DNA of 64,000 bases from Candidatus Heimdallarchaeota archaeon (GCA_021399345.1 JAAFKI010000154.1:1-64000); one strand, 5' to 3'. Counted from the stretch's first letter, positions 1-10,349 are shown. Notes: generated by a model from the sequence alone, not told the origin. Numbers and translations: made by a program.

Positions 1-267
1 ATCTAGCATCATGTAGGTAGAATCAATTTCATTTTGAAGAGTACTAAATCTATCTGAAATTGGAATGCTTATTACCTTTTGTTCTTGTTCATGGGACATA
101 TAAACTAATAATTCAATCTCCCTATTTATTCTGTTATTCCATCTGCTTAAATTTAGCAAACAGCGTGAAAGAACATCTAGTCTTTCTTGTCCCCCTACGA
201 CTGATTTTATCGTTTTTTTAGTTGTGCTTCTTATGGTTGAAGAAGGAATCAAAAAGATTAATTTCAA
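1..267 (-). CDS. TrmY-like SPOUT methyltransferase, N-terminal part (runs off the window; not in the ORF track)
   Basis: Open frame from TTG at 267: MKLIFLIPSS...GGQERLDVLSRCLLNL...REIELLVY; resembles the TrmY GRxDxxxRC motif. Confidence 0.55.
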   Translation of the reverse strand, partial: MKLIFLIPSSTIRSTTKKTIKSVVGGQERLDVLSRCLLNLSRWNNRINREIELLVYMSHEQEQKVISIPISDRFSTLQNEIDSTYMMLD

Positions 268-319
268 ATGTTGTTCCCCCAGCTTAAGAAAAGAATAAAA
301 GAAGAAGATTGAAGAGCTA

Positions 320-592
320 TCAGCCTCTTCTATCACTTTTAGATCTTATGTTTGTCCTCCCTCTATGAATAGAGCAAGAAATACAATAATATGCAATCTT
401 CTTTTGACGAGGAATATAAGCTCCTTCATCTCTAAGTTCTTTAGCTAACCGGTAATCTACTGCACTGGAATAGACGCTGAATTTTTTAGCTTTATCAGTT
501 GGAACTAATTTTCCGCAAGAATGACATTGAACTGATGTGGCTCTACCTCGTTTTCCTCCAGACCTTCCTCCCGATTTTCTCTTTTTAGGCAT
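320..592 (-). CDS. rps26e: 30S ribosomal protein eS26
   Basis: MPKKRKSGGR, CxxC...VPxDKAKK, YYCISCSIH zinc motif. Confidence 0.97.
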   Translation of the reverse strand: MPKKRKSGGRSGGKRGRATSVQCHSCGKLVPTDKAKKFSVYSSAVDYRLAKELRDEGAYIPRQKKIAYYCISCSIHRGRTNIRSKSDRRG

Positions 593-678
593 GTTAAATA
601 TTCACCTTCATTATACTGTACCTAAAACAGAAACAAAGTTTGAACATTTAAATTTGTTGAAAAATGAGCGAGAAATGT

Positions 679-1065
679 CTATAAATCAATTTCTTTTGAA
701 AATAGCTTCTTATAGATATGTTTGAGATATAGTTCTGCTTCATCCATCACTTCCTCACCAAATTTAGTGATTACATAGTATTTTCTGTCGATTCTTTCAT
801 CACTATTTCGCATTTCTGTTTTTTCAACCAAACCTTCTCCTTTAAGGAGATATAGTATTGTATAATTTGTTACAGTAGCCGGACTGAAACCGAATTTTTC
901 TTGGATTTCTTGTTTCAACTGATAAGCATATTTCGGTTCCTCTCTTAGCAGTTTCAAAACCCATATCCAAAGTAAATCAATGGTTAAATTCTTTACTAGA
1001 CGCTGAAAAGCATTAGAAGCTTTAGAATCTTTGGAATTTTCGATTGAATTATCAGAACTCATCAT
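679..1065 (-). CDS. PadR-family transcriptional regulator
   Basis: LKLL..EPKYAYQL, Y..L..L..EGLV, RKYYxIT..G pattern. Confidence 0.9.
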   Translation of the reverse strand: MMSSDNSIENSKDSKASNAFQRLVKNLTIDLLWIWVLKLLREEPKYAYQLKQEIQEKFGFSPATVTNYTILYLLKGEGLVEKTEMRNSDERIDRKYYVITKFGEEVMDEAELYLKHIYKKLFSKEIDL

Positions 1066-1114
1066 TAAATGACATAGTATGCTTACTTAAAAAATTTCAG
1101 TAGAAAAGAAAAAA

Positions 1115-1537
1115 TTATTTTAATGGAACATACAGTGAGGATCTTGTTGCACCAATACCTGGGGCTCCATGACGAACTACTTTTGTACTTGGTGAGAATT
1201 CACCTAAGAGGTGCCCAATCATTTGAGGTTGAATTTCAATTTCTAAAAATTCACGACCATTGTAGACAGCTACTGTTGCACCCACCATTTCTGGAAGAAT
1301 AGGCATATCTCTAACATGAGTACGGACTATAAGTTTTTCTCCTCTATCTCCAGGTTCCATAGCCTTTCTAATATCCTCTAATAATTTCTTTCTACGTGGT
1401 GTCCAAAATTCTTGACGAGATAAGCTCCTTCTTCTTCTTGAAGGTAATAAGTTTAATATTTCATCCATGGACATTTGTTTTAATTCTTCCAATGTATATC
1501 CTCTATACCTGAATTTACGAGAAGACACCTTATTCAA
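1115..1537 (-). CDS. rps19p: 30S ribosomal protein uS19 (archaeal type; eukaryotic S15)
   Basis: [50 protein letters not shown]. Confidence 0.97.
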   Translation of the reverse strand: MNKVSSRKFRYRGYTLEELKQMSMDEILNLLPSRRRRSLSRQEFWTPRRKKLLEDIRKAMEPGDRGEKLIVRTHVRDMPILPEMVGATVAVYNGREFLEIEIQPQMIGHLLGEFSPSTKVVRHGAPGIGATRSSLYVPLK

Positions 1538-1616
1538 CCGAGTTAATTGCCTTGAGAGTCATTTTAAACCTTTTGATTTTTGTTCGTATTCTATTCATGT
1601 TTTAGATAGTTACAAC

Positions 1617-2495
1617 TTAAAAAAGATATGTTGAAAATAACCACCCAATCAGAACTAGGATAAGAGAAAGAAAAACAGGTATTGGTAATCCTGGAAATTT
1701 ACCATATCTAAAAAGCATATTTTCTGTAATTTTAATTCCAACTAGAATACCAATTATAGAAACAAAACCAAGAATTGGGTCTAATTCTTTTGTTATGAAA
1801 GTGACCAAGGAAGAATAAAAGATAAAATCACCAATACCAATTGCAACTGATTGACTGACTTCGTGTTGAGTATTTGATGAAACAGATAAATTTGTTTTCT
1901 TGAATATCTTACTAATAGGTCCCTTAAAGACAGAATATATATCGAACAATGAAATCAGAACTATAAGAGTTATGAATGTAATAAAGGAAAACATCATGCC
2001 AAATATGGTCCCCATAGCAATCCCTAGAAGAAAAACTACTGTATTTTTTACTTTAACACCTCCTTTTCCTAGAATGAAGGACCAAATAGCGAAAAACCCT
2101 ATAATTCCACCTAGTACTGCTGTGACAATCTCAACCCAGAAAACATTCTCAAGGAATGTGACTTCAAAGAGATAGCCATGGATCCATAACATACACACAG
2201 AGGATGTAAAAAACGATAAAGCAAAGAATAACTTCAAAACTAAGATTAGATGTTTTTTTAAAGCAAAAACAATCAGAAAGCCAGAAGCAATAGCCACAGA
2301 TACCAGAATTAAGCCCTCTAAAATTTGAAACGAGTACTCTCCTTCACCAGAAGGAAACAAAACGAGAAGAGTTTCCAAATTTGAATAGAGAACGCCGATT
2401 AAATAACTTATCAGAATAACCGGTAAAACAACAAGAGAAATTGGTTGTTGTGCTTGGTAAGCAATTAATAAAAACCGACCTTTGAATTCTGACAT
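1617..2495 (-). CDS. Presenilin-family GxGD intramembrane aspartyl protease
   Basis: About 9 TM segments; FDIYSVFKGPI, GIGDFIFYSSL and PGLPIP (PAL-like) motifs. Confidence 0.9.
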   Translation of the reverse strand: MSEFKGRFLLIAYQAQQPISLVVLPVILISYLIGVLYSNLETLLVLFPSGEGEYSFQILEGLILVSVAIASGFLIVFALKKHLILVLKLFFALSFFTSSVCMLWIHGYLFEVTFLENVFWVEIVTAVLGGIIGFFAIWSFILGKGGVKVKNTVVFLLGIAMGTIFGMMFSFITFITLIVLISLFDIYSVFKGPISKIFKKTNLSVSSNTQHEVSQSVAIGIGDFIFYSSLVTFITKELDPILGFVSIIGILVGIKITENMLFRYGKFPGLPIPVFLSLILVLIGWLFSTYLF

Positions 2496-2527
2496 ATCTC
2501 ATTCACTTCATTAACTATTTCAATTTT

Positions 2528-2950
2528 CTATCCTGTGTACTGCAGTTTGATTCTATCATCTTCCTCTAAATAATAGTTGCTAATTCCATAAGGAGAATAT
2601 TGCCAATCATCTATTAGATAATCATAATAATAAAATGCCCAATAATCAGGGAGTACTTCGGTATACCCATTTACACCCTTTACATATGATCCAAATGAGA
2701 AATTTGTTAATTCTAAATCTGCAATTAAGGAAAATGCAACAAGAGAAGAAGTACCCCCTTTAATAGTGACATTATATTCTTCATGGTTGTTTGTGGTTTT
2801 CAACGAACCGTAGTTAATAATTACTAAAACTGTAATATCATCCCCATTCTCATTAGGTTTTGTATTTTTGATATAGAATGAAAGAGCTACTGATATAATT
2901 GTCAGAATTATGATGGCTATTGTAAGAAAAATTATCTTTGATTGTTTCAA
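2528..2950 (-). CDS. DUF4430 (transcobalamin C-terminal-like) membrane-anchored protein
   Basis: N-terminal TM; FGSYVKGVNG, YWAFY, YGISNYYLEEDDRI pattern. Confidence 0.75.
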   Translation of the reverse strand: MKQSKIIFLTIAIIILTIISVALSFYIKNTKPNENGDDITVLVIINYGSLKTTNNHEEYNVTIKGGTSSLVAFSLIADLELTNFSFGSYVKGVNGYTEVLPDYWAFYYYDYLIDDWQYSPYGISNYYLEEDDRIKLQYTG

Positions 2951-3609
2951 GTTTTACCACCTTCAGATACAACAGATGTAATAGTTTCCTCATCATAGAT
3001 AGAAGGAATCATTAGCTGTTTGATTCCTCTTGCCTTGAAGGCTGAATATATCCAGTTTATCATAGTCTTTGTGAAACTAAACAAAACAAAATTACTGACT
3101 ACATGGGCTATGGTAAAAATAATGCCACTACCAAGAAGTACTAACAAATATTGGAAAACAAAATCACTTCTAATGACTACAATTTGATATCCGATTGTAG
3201 TTGTTATATCATAGATAATTGCAAAGAAACTTCCAAAGACACCTAATTCCCAATAAGAAAGCCTTAGAAATATTTTTCTCATTAAACCTGTAACCACAGC
3301 TAAACTAACATAGCATATTAATTTAAAGAAAATTAAATAACCAGCTGACCCTATTATTGCTATTATAATAAACTCATAAACGACAGATACTGAAACAGCT
3401 ACCATCAAACCATAGTAAACCCCAAACAATATCGAAACGAGAAAAATAGTTACAGAAATGAACTCCATATTTGGGACAAAAACAACAATAGTGGAAAGAA
3501 CAATTCCTAGGCTAGCTAACGATGCAGAAATAGACATCTTAAGGATAATGTTAATTCTATTTTTAGGATTTTTTAGATGATTTTTCACTCTGTTTATCAT
3601 TCTTAACAT
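2947..3609 (-). CDS. ECF transporter S component, CbrT-like (probably cobalamin)
   Basis: About 6 TM; PNMEFISV, YD..T and H..SN motifs; overlaps the DUF4430 gene. Confidence 0.7.
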   Translation of the reverse strand: MLRMINRVKNHLKNPKNRINIILKMSISASLASLGIVLSTIVVFVPNMEFISVTIFLVSILFGVYYGLMVAVSVSVVYEFIIIAIIGSAGYLIFFKLICYVSLAVVTGLMRKIFLRLSYWELGVFGSFFAIIYDITTTIGYQIVVIRSDFVFQYLLVLLGSGIIFTIAHVVSNFVLFSFTKTMINWIYSAFKARGIKQLMIPSIYDEETITSVVSEGGKT

Positions 3610-3767
3610 CCAATGTTAGTGCTTTGCTAAAAACCAATTAGCAGATTGATATCGTTTAAAGGTAAAAGTATTAGTGCTTTTCCTTCCATAATAATATCCA
3701 CCTTAGTTGAAAAAACTACGATGGAGACTAACCTAACATTTTTCAATATACTATAAGCAGTATTCTC

Positions 3768-4253
3768 ATGGAAAATAGTTCCTTTTCAGAAGATACAAAA
3801 CTGCTTAAAGTGATCAATATAGATGTGCTTACAGCTAGTCCAGATGTTTTTACAGCTGAAAAGGATTTAAATGGGATTGAACATGCTGAAATTCCATTAT
3901 TGAATTTTGAACTTGAAAATGGTGAAAATTTCCTAATGGCAAGTATCCCTATTTCAATAGCTATTGATATTTCAAGGATTATTAGTGGAGTTAATGGTAA
4001 TGATTCACGACTTACACTAGCAGAACTTATCCCAGAGATTTGCGTAGTTGACAAAATCATAATTGATTCCATAATTCCTTATTCAAATGCTTATCAAGCA
4101 ACTGTTGAAATTAGATTGGAAGGATTTTCAGATGTCCAACATTTTCAGATGATTCCAAGTCACGCTACACTGTTAGCCCTGATAGCTAATGCCGACATTT
4201 ATGTATCTGACAATATTATTAGAACAATTGATAATTTAGAGGATGAAGACTAA
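3768..4253 (+). CDS. Bifunctional nuclease domain (DUF151)-like protein
   Basis: IAIDI...R.TL.EL, YQATV, PSHA.LLAL...ADIYVS pattern. Confidence 0.7.
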   Translation: MENSSFSEDTKLLKVINIDVLTASPDVFTAEKDLNGIEHAEIPLLNFELENGENFLMASIPISIAIDISRIISGVNGNDSRLTLAELIPEICVVDKIIIDSIIPYSNAYQATVEIRLEGFSDVQHFQMIPSHATLLALIANADIYVSDNIIRTIDNLEDED

Positions 4254-4354
4254 ACATCAATCTGTAAAACTTATAAAATTGACATACTATAAAATATATA
4301 AGTGAATTACAAAAACTACTATCACCATTTAAATCCGATAAGAGAAGTGAACCA

Positions 4355-4525
4355 ATGACAGAAAAAAAGAAAACCAAAGTAGCTGAAGAGGAGAAGAGTG
4401 AAATTGACACTGAAATCGAAGAAGAAGAGCATGGAAATCGTGATTGGAAGAAGGTTCTTATTGGCATACTATTTGTTTTGATTGTAGTTGTATTCTGGTA
4501 TGTTATTGAATATGCGGCTAGATAA
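4355..4525 (+). CDS. 56-aa acidic protein with a single C-terminal TM helix (not in the ORF track)
   Basis: MTEKKKTKVAEEEKSEIDTEIEEEEHGNRDWKKVLIGILFVLIVVVFWYVIEYAAR; fills the gap before the ABC operon. Confidence 0.7.
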   Translation: MTEKKKTKVAEEEKSEIDTEIEEEEHGNRDWKKVLIGILFVLIVVVFWYVIEYAAR

Positions 4526-4584
4526 TTAGTGTGTTGAGAAAAGAAAAATGATTTAAGTGTTTAGAATATCACTTCTTTAGTCTC

Positions 4585-5340
4585 ATGGTCGATAATCAGA
4601 TAATTGTTAGTAATTTGCTCAAATCTTATTCATCTAAAGCTGAAGAGTTAACAGTATTACGGGGGATAAGTTTTGAAGTAGCTAAAGGGGACGTAATCTG
4701 CTTACTTGGTGCTTCAGGTTCGGGAAAAACAACAACATTAAATCTTCTAGCTGGTATCGATAAACCAACAGCTGGAAAAATATATTATGGTGGTAAAGAC
4801 ATCAATGAATGGTCTACTGATCAATTATTTGAATATAGACTAAAAGAGATTGGCTTTATTTTTCAGGAATTTTATCTTCTTGAGCACCTTAATGCTTTAG
4901 AAAATGTAATTGTCCCCATAATTTTGCAAGGGGAATCAGAGGAAATTGCTCAGGATATCGCTCTCCAATTGCTAAACAAAGTTGATTTAGGGAGAAAAGC
5001 TCTAAATTTGCCTCAAGAATTAAGCTCAGGTGAGAAACAAAGAGTTTGTGTTGCTAGAGCAATAGCAAATAATCCATCAGTTCTAATTGCCGATGAACCT
5101 ACAGGTACTTTAGACAGTAAGACAGGAGATAGTATAATGTCACTTCTTTTGAGCTTAGCAAAGAAAAATAAAATGGCTATGATTTATACTTCACATGACC
5201 CTTATTTTACTAAAATGGCTTCAAGAATTTTTGTACTTCAAAAAGGGATGATTGTTGAACATAATCCTGAAGATTTTGCAGACATAGGTTATGATAAATC
5301 GAAATTTGAATTTCTATTCAAGGGTGACAACAATGAATGA
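4585..5340 (+). CDS. ABC transporter ATP-binding protein, LolD/MacB family
   Basis: GASGSGKT, LSSGEKQRV, IADEPTGTLD, H-loop. Confidence 0.95.
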   Translation: MVDNQIIVSNLLKSYSSKAEELTVLRGISFEVAKGDVICLLGASGSGKTTTLNLLAGIDKPTAGKIYYGGKDINEWSTDQLFEYRLKEIGFIFQEFYLLEHLNALENVIVPIILQGESEEIAQDIALQLLNKVDLGRKALNLPQELSSGEKQRVCVARAIANNPSVLIADEPTGTLDSKTGDSIMSLLLSLAKKNKMAMIYTSHDPYFTKMASRIFVLQKGMIVEHNPEDFADIGYDKSKFEFLFKGDNNE

Positions 5341-8239
5341 ACTAGATGACTATATTGGTACAGAAAAAAAACAAACCTTTCTTGAGAAACTTTTAGCTGG
5401 ATTTTCATTTAACTTGAGATTAATTTGGAAGAACATTAGTAACAGAAAAAAAAGCATGATGATAATAACAATAGGGTTAGTTTTTTCACTATCTATTCTT
5501 TTTACTTCATCTATTTGGACTCAAACATCCCAACTAATAATCGCAGACGATTATATAGAAACTTTAGATTATGAAATGTATGTTTCAACATACCTCACAA
5601 ATGCTATGGATTCGGTGTATGCTTATACAGTAAATGATTATCTTGTGAGGCAGGTTGACTGGTATTATCCTACTGTTGCTCTGTTTAACTTCGAAGATAA
5701 AGGACCATATTATAGGTGGTATCCGGAAGATCAACAAGAGAATATGAGTAACCCAGTATCATTAACATCTGCTCATCTTATTTCATCAAGAGCTATTGAT
5801 AGAATCAAACTGAATTTAGAAATTGATGGAAACGCTTCTCTGAATTCTGGAGAAATCTTAATGAGTTATACACAAGCAAAACAACTGGAAGTAATTTATA
5901 ACAAGACCATTTCTCCTGGTGATGAAATCAATATTGCTATATCAAGAAGAATCCCCAACACAGATATTGGGGAACATCAAATGCGATTTTACGATATTAA
6001 TGAAACGATTTTTACTAACTATACGATAACGGGTATTTACAAATATGTAGGATATAACACTGCTATAGCTAAACTACTAGGAGGGCTTGAAAACACAGGG
6101 GGAATGCTTCTAGATTCTATTTTCTTCCCTTTGGAAGACCTATCGGGCATTGATCGGTTCATTATAGATTCGAATGGGCTTTTACCAAGATTACTTGTTA
6201 AAACTAATGCCCAACAGCTAAGAATAAATGGGATATCTCAAATGCCTGACACCCTTCATGCACTCAGTGAAAGAATAAAAATCAGATTCTTTCACGCTTA
6301 TTGTTATATTCTTTCTCAAGAAATTCAAACAATGGCCAACGAATATGCAAGAACTTTCAGCTCAACAGCATTATTTACACCCGCAATCGTTGCTACAATT
6401 TTTCTAACCATTCTAGCATCACAAATGACTGTTAAGAAAAGAAAGGAGGAAATAACCTTTCTACGATCAAAGGGAGCTGTTAGTAGCCAGATTATAGCAA
6501 TATTTTTTGGTGAATTTATACTAGTTAGTACGTTGTCCCTGATTCTGAGTATTGGAACGGGAATTCTAATGGCAGCTCTCATCCCTTCTCTTGGTCATGA
6601 GGGATTCTTTAGTAAATCACTTTTTACGAGATATTTTGAATATCTAACTATATCTCCATATGATATCGAAATTTATTCTGTTTTAGTTTTAGGGATATAT
6701 CTAGGAATGACGTTGATCAATGTTGTTTCCTTTGTTAGGAAGGATATTCATGAATCTATGATCATAACAGTAAGAGGACAACGTCTTATAGGAATGTGGA
6801 TAAAACTCGCTGCCTTCGCATTAACACTCGCAGGTTTTATTTTTCTGATAGTAGACTATACTAGAGTAGCCAGGAGCAGTTACAGTTTTGGATATGGCTC
6901 AATAGGAGCTAGTTCGAATGCACTTTTAGCTTTTATAGCAGTACTGTTCTTTCTAAGTTATTTTGTTTCGATTGGAATCAATTATGTTCTTAGAACAATT
7001 AAAAAGGCTTACAAATTTGTTTTTAAGCAAAATTCATTTCTAATTTATAAAAACATTAAACGACAAACTAAGAGCTTACAAGATTTAACATTCTTCTTAA
7101 TTCTTATAATCTGTCTACTTACTACATTTGTAACCATTCGATCAACAACGATGTACAATAATACTATCGAAGATGCATACAGAAGGGGTTCTGATATTAG
7201 AATTCAATCTCTTGTCGCCGTAAACATTACCGAATTTGAAGAGAAGTTGGGAGGAATTGAGGGTATAGATGAAATTATGGGTTTTCAAACAATTGAAGCA
7301 ATTGTTGGATCACTAAATGTAGATGTATTTGGAGTTGACCCTTCTAAATTCTTGAGAATTGGGAGATGGACGGATAACAGTTTTGCTGAAATAGACCCAG
7401 AATCGGCTCTTACAACGCTTGAAGAGTCTCCTTCTAGTATAATTCTCAGTGATTACATTGTTGATAGGCTTGAGTTTACTATTGGTGAAAATATGTCTGT
7501 AACAGACTTCAGAGGAGGACCATTTACCAAGGAGTTTAATGTTTCTGCAATGATAAAATCAGCTCCAGGATTAGGAATAGCTCATGGATTTGATCCAAAA
7601 ATGAACAGAGAAAATTATGAATGGGTACTTCTCAAAGAGGATATTCTTATCAATGATTTGGGGGTTCATAATGGAACTTTATTCTTAGCTACAGCTAAAG
7701 AAGGAGCAGATTTAAACCTCATTAAAGAAGAAATAGAGGCATTATACCCATTAATGACTGTCAATCCTCAACAGATCAATCCTGATTATATTGGGTATTT
7801 TATTGTAAAATATATTCCTCACGTATCAATTACATTGCTGATGGGGGCAATAGTTCTGAATGTTATTGGTGTTGTTTATATTTTAATATCAACTGACTTT
7901 ATATTAGGACAAAGACGACGAGAAAACGCAGTTATACTAGCACTTGGAGGAAATCAAGGTAAAATACGGAAAATGTTAGTGGGTGAAATATCGGTTTTCT
8001 TGATATCAACACTGTTGATTGGAATTCCTCTAGGATTCTTGAGTTCATTATTAGCTTTGACATTCTTGAAACCACTTTTGATACCACATGAAGTAATTAC
8101 ACTGACTATGCATATTGATTTTGGTCTTTTAGCGATCATGATAGTGACATTGTGTGTTGCTGCATTACTGGGTGCAATACCAATAATAAGAAAGCAGATG
8201 AAATATGAAATAGTTCAAGAATTACGAGCAATTGTTTGA
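5333..8239 (+). CDS. FtsX/MacB-type ABC permease with two FtsX modules
   Basis: RKEEITFLRSKGA and RRRENAVILALGG motifs, large extracellular loops; ATG at 5333 overlaps the ATPase end (ORF track starts 5291). Confidence 0.9.
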   Translation: MNELDDYIGTEKKQTFLEKLLAGFSFNLRLIWKNISNRKKSMMIITIGLVFSLSILFTSSIWTQTSQLIIADDYIETLDYEMYVSTYLTNAMDSVYAYTVNDYLVRQVDWYYPTVALFNFEDKGPYYRWYPEDQQENMSNPVSLTSAHLISSRAIDRIKLNLEIDGNASLNSGEILMSYTQAKQLEVIYNKTISPGDEINIAISRRIPNTDIGEHQMRFYDINETIFTNYTITGIYKYVGYNTAIAKLLGGLENTGGMLLDSIFFPLEDLSGIDRFIIDSNGLLPRLLVKTNAQQLRINGISQMPDTLHALSERIKIRFFHAYCYILSQEIQTMANEYARTFSSTALFTPAIVATIFLTILASQMTVKKRKEEITFLRSKGAVSSQIIAIFFGEFILVSTLSLILSIGTGILMAALIPSLGHEGFFSKSLFTRYFEYLTISPYDIEIYSVLVLGIYLGMTLINVVSFVRKDIHESMIITVRGQRLIGMWIKLAAFALTLAGFIFLIVDYTRVARSSYSFGYGSIGASSNALLAFIAVLFFLSYFVSIGINYVLRTIKKAYKFVFKQNSFLIYKNIKRQTKSLQDLTFFLILIICLLTTFVTIRSTTMYNNTIEDAYRRGSDIRIQSLVAVNITEFEEKLGGIEGIDEIMGFQTIEAIVGSLNVDVFGVDPSKFLRIGRWTDNSFAEIDPESALTTLEESPSSIILSDYIVDRLEFTIGENMSVTDFRGGPFTKEFNVSAMIKSAPGLGIAHGFDPKMNRENYEWVLLKEDILINDLGVHNGTLFLATAKEGADLNLIKEEIEALYPLMTVNPQQINPDYIGYFIVKYIPHVSITLLMGAIVLNVIGVVYILISTDFILGQRRRENAVILALGGNQGKIRKMLVGEISVFLISTLLIGIPLGFLSSLLALTFLKPLLIPHEVITLTMHIDFGLLAIMIVTLCVAALLGAIPIIRKQMKYEIVQELRAIV

Positions 8240-8257
8240 TATCTACATAAAATTGCT

Positions 8258-9382
8258 TTAAGCAAGGAGCAATTCTCTTCTTGCTTTTTCAAGAACTTGT
8301 GATATCATAAATTCTTCAGAATCTTTCCAAGACTGCTCTATAAAGGAGTAATTATCCGGATTAAATTCTTTTGTAACAGTTGTGTGAGGATCTAACATCA
8401 TAATTTTAAGATCAGGGAACAATGACCATAAAATGTTGAATAACTCTAATTTCTCCTTTGGAGGTAATAATATCTTCCACAAGAAACCTCTTACTGTTTC
8501 ACGAAAATCGGATTCAAATGGTAGAGTCAATTCACGAAGTAGATAAACTATCTTTGACATTGCTCTTTGACTGCATATAGCTTTGAAAACTAACTCATCT
8601 TCTAATCCAAAAAATGATCTATCAAATTCTACCAAATAATTACGTATAACATTTTTACTCAGGAATTTTTTTCGTCGAGATAAAGTATATTGTGGCACAT
8701 CTAGCTGCTTTGAAACATCAGCATACTTTTGAGTGGAATCATGTGCTAACTCTTTTAAAATTTGAAAATCAAGATATTTTAGCTGATTGAGAACATTTCT
8801 TGGTTTTTCTCTCGATATCTTTTGATAATAATCAAATTTTGAAACATAATCAACTACATCAATATTTTTCTTCCACATATCCCATTTAAAGAACCATTTA
8901 CTATTAGTGGGGTCCCAGTATGAAAGGTCAATTCTTGTTTTAATTCCTTGACCAATAGTTGAGGAAAGGACTATTTCTTCTACCAAATCACTGTCAACCA
9001 AATAATTAAGGAAATTATTGAAATTATTCAAAGAGCCTATAGGAATATGAATTTTTAGGAAAATACCAGTAATTCCTCCATAGCACCTTTGTCGAACTAC
9101 CAAATATGGATGGAAATCTAGAATTTTTTCAACGATCAAATACTTGTCTATGGAATTGATCTTTAAAAGATAGATATGGCTTTCCAAGCCTAATGATTCA
9201 GGGTGATATTCTGCATGAAAACTACTAATTACATTTTCTCCTAGAAGTGAGTCTATACGTTTTTTTATGGTAGGTGAGGACAATTTGATTTTTTCCGCCA
9301 ATCTACTGTAGGATATAATTGGATCTTTTAAGATGTGTTTAAGTATAAGATATTCATCGTTTCTGAGACTCAATGTACTCAA
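8258..9382 (-). CDS. Tandem Lrp/AsnC-type winged-helix transcriptional regulator
   Basis: Two HTH units (ISYSRLAEKIKLSSPTIKKRI; QKYADVSKQLDVPQYTLSRRK). Confidence 0.85.
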   Translation of the reverse strand: MSTLSLRNDEYLILKHILKDPIISYSRLAEKIKLSSPTIKKRIDSLLGENVISSFHAEYHPESLGLESHIYLLKINSIDKYLIVEKILDFHPYLVVRQRCYGGITGIFLKIHIPIGSLNNFNNFLNYLVDSDLVEEIVLSSTIGQGIKTRIDLSYWDPTNSKWFFKWDMWKKNIDVVDYVSKFDYYQKISREKPRNVLNQLKYLDFQILKELAHDSTQKYADVSKQLDVPQYTLSRRKKFLSKNVIRNYLVEFDRSFFGLEDELVFKAICSQRAMSKIVYLLRELTLPFESDFRETVRGFLWKILLPPKEKLELFNILWSLFPDLKIMMLDPHTTVTKEFNPDNYSFIEQSWKDSEEFMISQVLEKARRELLLA

Positions 9383-9441
9383 TAGAACTTAATGTAATGT
9401 AGTTAAAAAATATTCGTTTAAAAAAAAGAAAGATTGAGCGG

Positions 9442-10320
9442 TTATTTTTTCTTTCTTCTAAGAACTAAACCGCTAGATATTAACGAAACTGCCGCAATTG
9501 GAACCAACCACGGAAAGTTTGTTGGGGTTGGGGTAGGCGTTGGAGTTGGTGTATATGGTGGAGGTGGTATGTAAAGACCATATTTGATATCCACATCAAA
9601 ATTATCCACATATCCATACTGTTCAGCCATCGAACGAATTGTTATTTTGAAATAATCAAACAATCCTGATGTTGCATTGTAAGCTATTGTAGCATTGAAT
9701 TTGAAGTCACTTATATTTGTAGGAATTGTAATTGGTAGATCTCCAGAATCAAATCCTGCCATCAAACCAGTTAGAGTTGTTTCATTTAAAACTGTAGCAA
9801 ACAAGTCTAACTTACCATACAAATAGTCTTCATTATAGATAGAATATACATCCATATAGGTAATGTTACCAAAATCTGTCATGTTAAACAAGAGATCTCC
9901 AAGCATCATACTAGGATCTGTCCCATTGATAAATTGACCAAAAGCATCCAAATAATCAGGTATCGAACCGTATGATAATGGTAAAGCTATTGGCAATCCT
10001 TGAGGCATAACAAACGTAACACCTTCAGCTACTTCAACTGGTAGAAAAACGGTTGAATTCGGAGTAATTGTACCTTCAAAATCAATCGCATTATAACTAT
10101 ATCCAGTATCGTTGGAATCTGTAAATACAATTTTCATAGTTGTATTTTGTTTCAACATTAGGGAATAATCTGTACTATACATGTTTAGTTGTTTCAACTC
10201 GAATGCATAAGTCTTATCAGTCTCAAACCCCCAGGTTGCGTTGGCTTTCACAGGAGATATTAGAGCCATTGAGAAGATAAGCAAAAGAACCCCGCTTGAG
10301 AATATCAAATTTCTTTTCAT
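9442..10320 (-). CDS. Secreted or cell-surface protein with a PT linker and C-terminal TM/basic anchor
   Basis: Signal peptide, many NxS/T sequons, PTPTPTPTPT, terminal hydrophobic helix plus RRKKK. Confidence 0.8.
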   Translation of the reverse strand: MKRNLIFSSGVLLLIFSMALISPVKANATWGFETDKTYAFELKQLNMYSTDYSLMLKQNTTMKIVFTDSNDTGYSYNAIDFEGTITPNSTVFLPVEVAEGVTFVMPQGLPIALPLSYGSIPDYLDAFGQFINGTDPSMMLGDLLFNMTDFGNITYMDVYSIYNEDYLYGKLDLFATVLNETTLTGLMAGFDSGDLPITIPTNISDFKFNATIAYNATSGLFDYFKITIRSMAEQYGYVDNFDVDIKYGLYIPPPPYTPTPTPTPTPTNFPWLVPIAAVSLISSGLVLRRKKK

Positions 10321-10330
10321 TTTATCACCG

Positions 10331-10349
10331 GTTAAGCATTCCGCTTAAC
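10331..10349 (-). promoter_or_regulatory. 7-bp hairpin in the probable 5' leader of the surface-protein gene
   Basis: GTTAAGC-5nt-GCTTAAC directly upstream of a GGTGA SD-like site and ATG. Confidence 0.35.

Noticed and set aside
9520-9570. GTTGGG-type short repeats
   Set aside because: They simply encode the Pro-Thr linker of the surface protein
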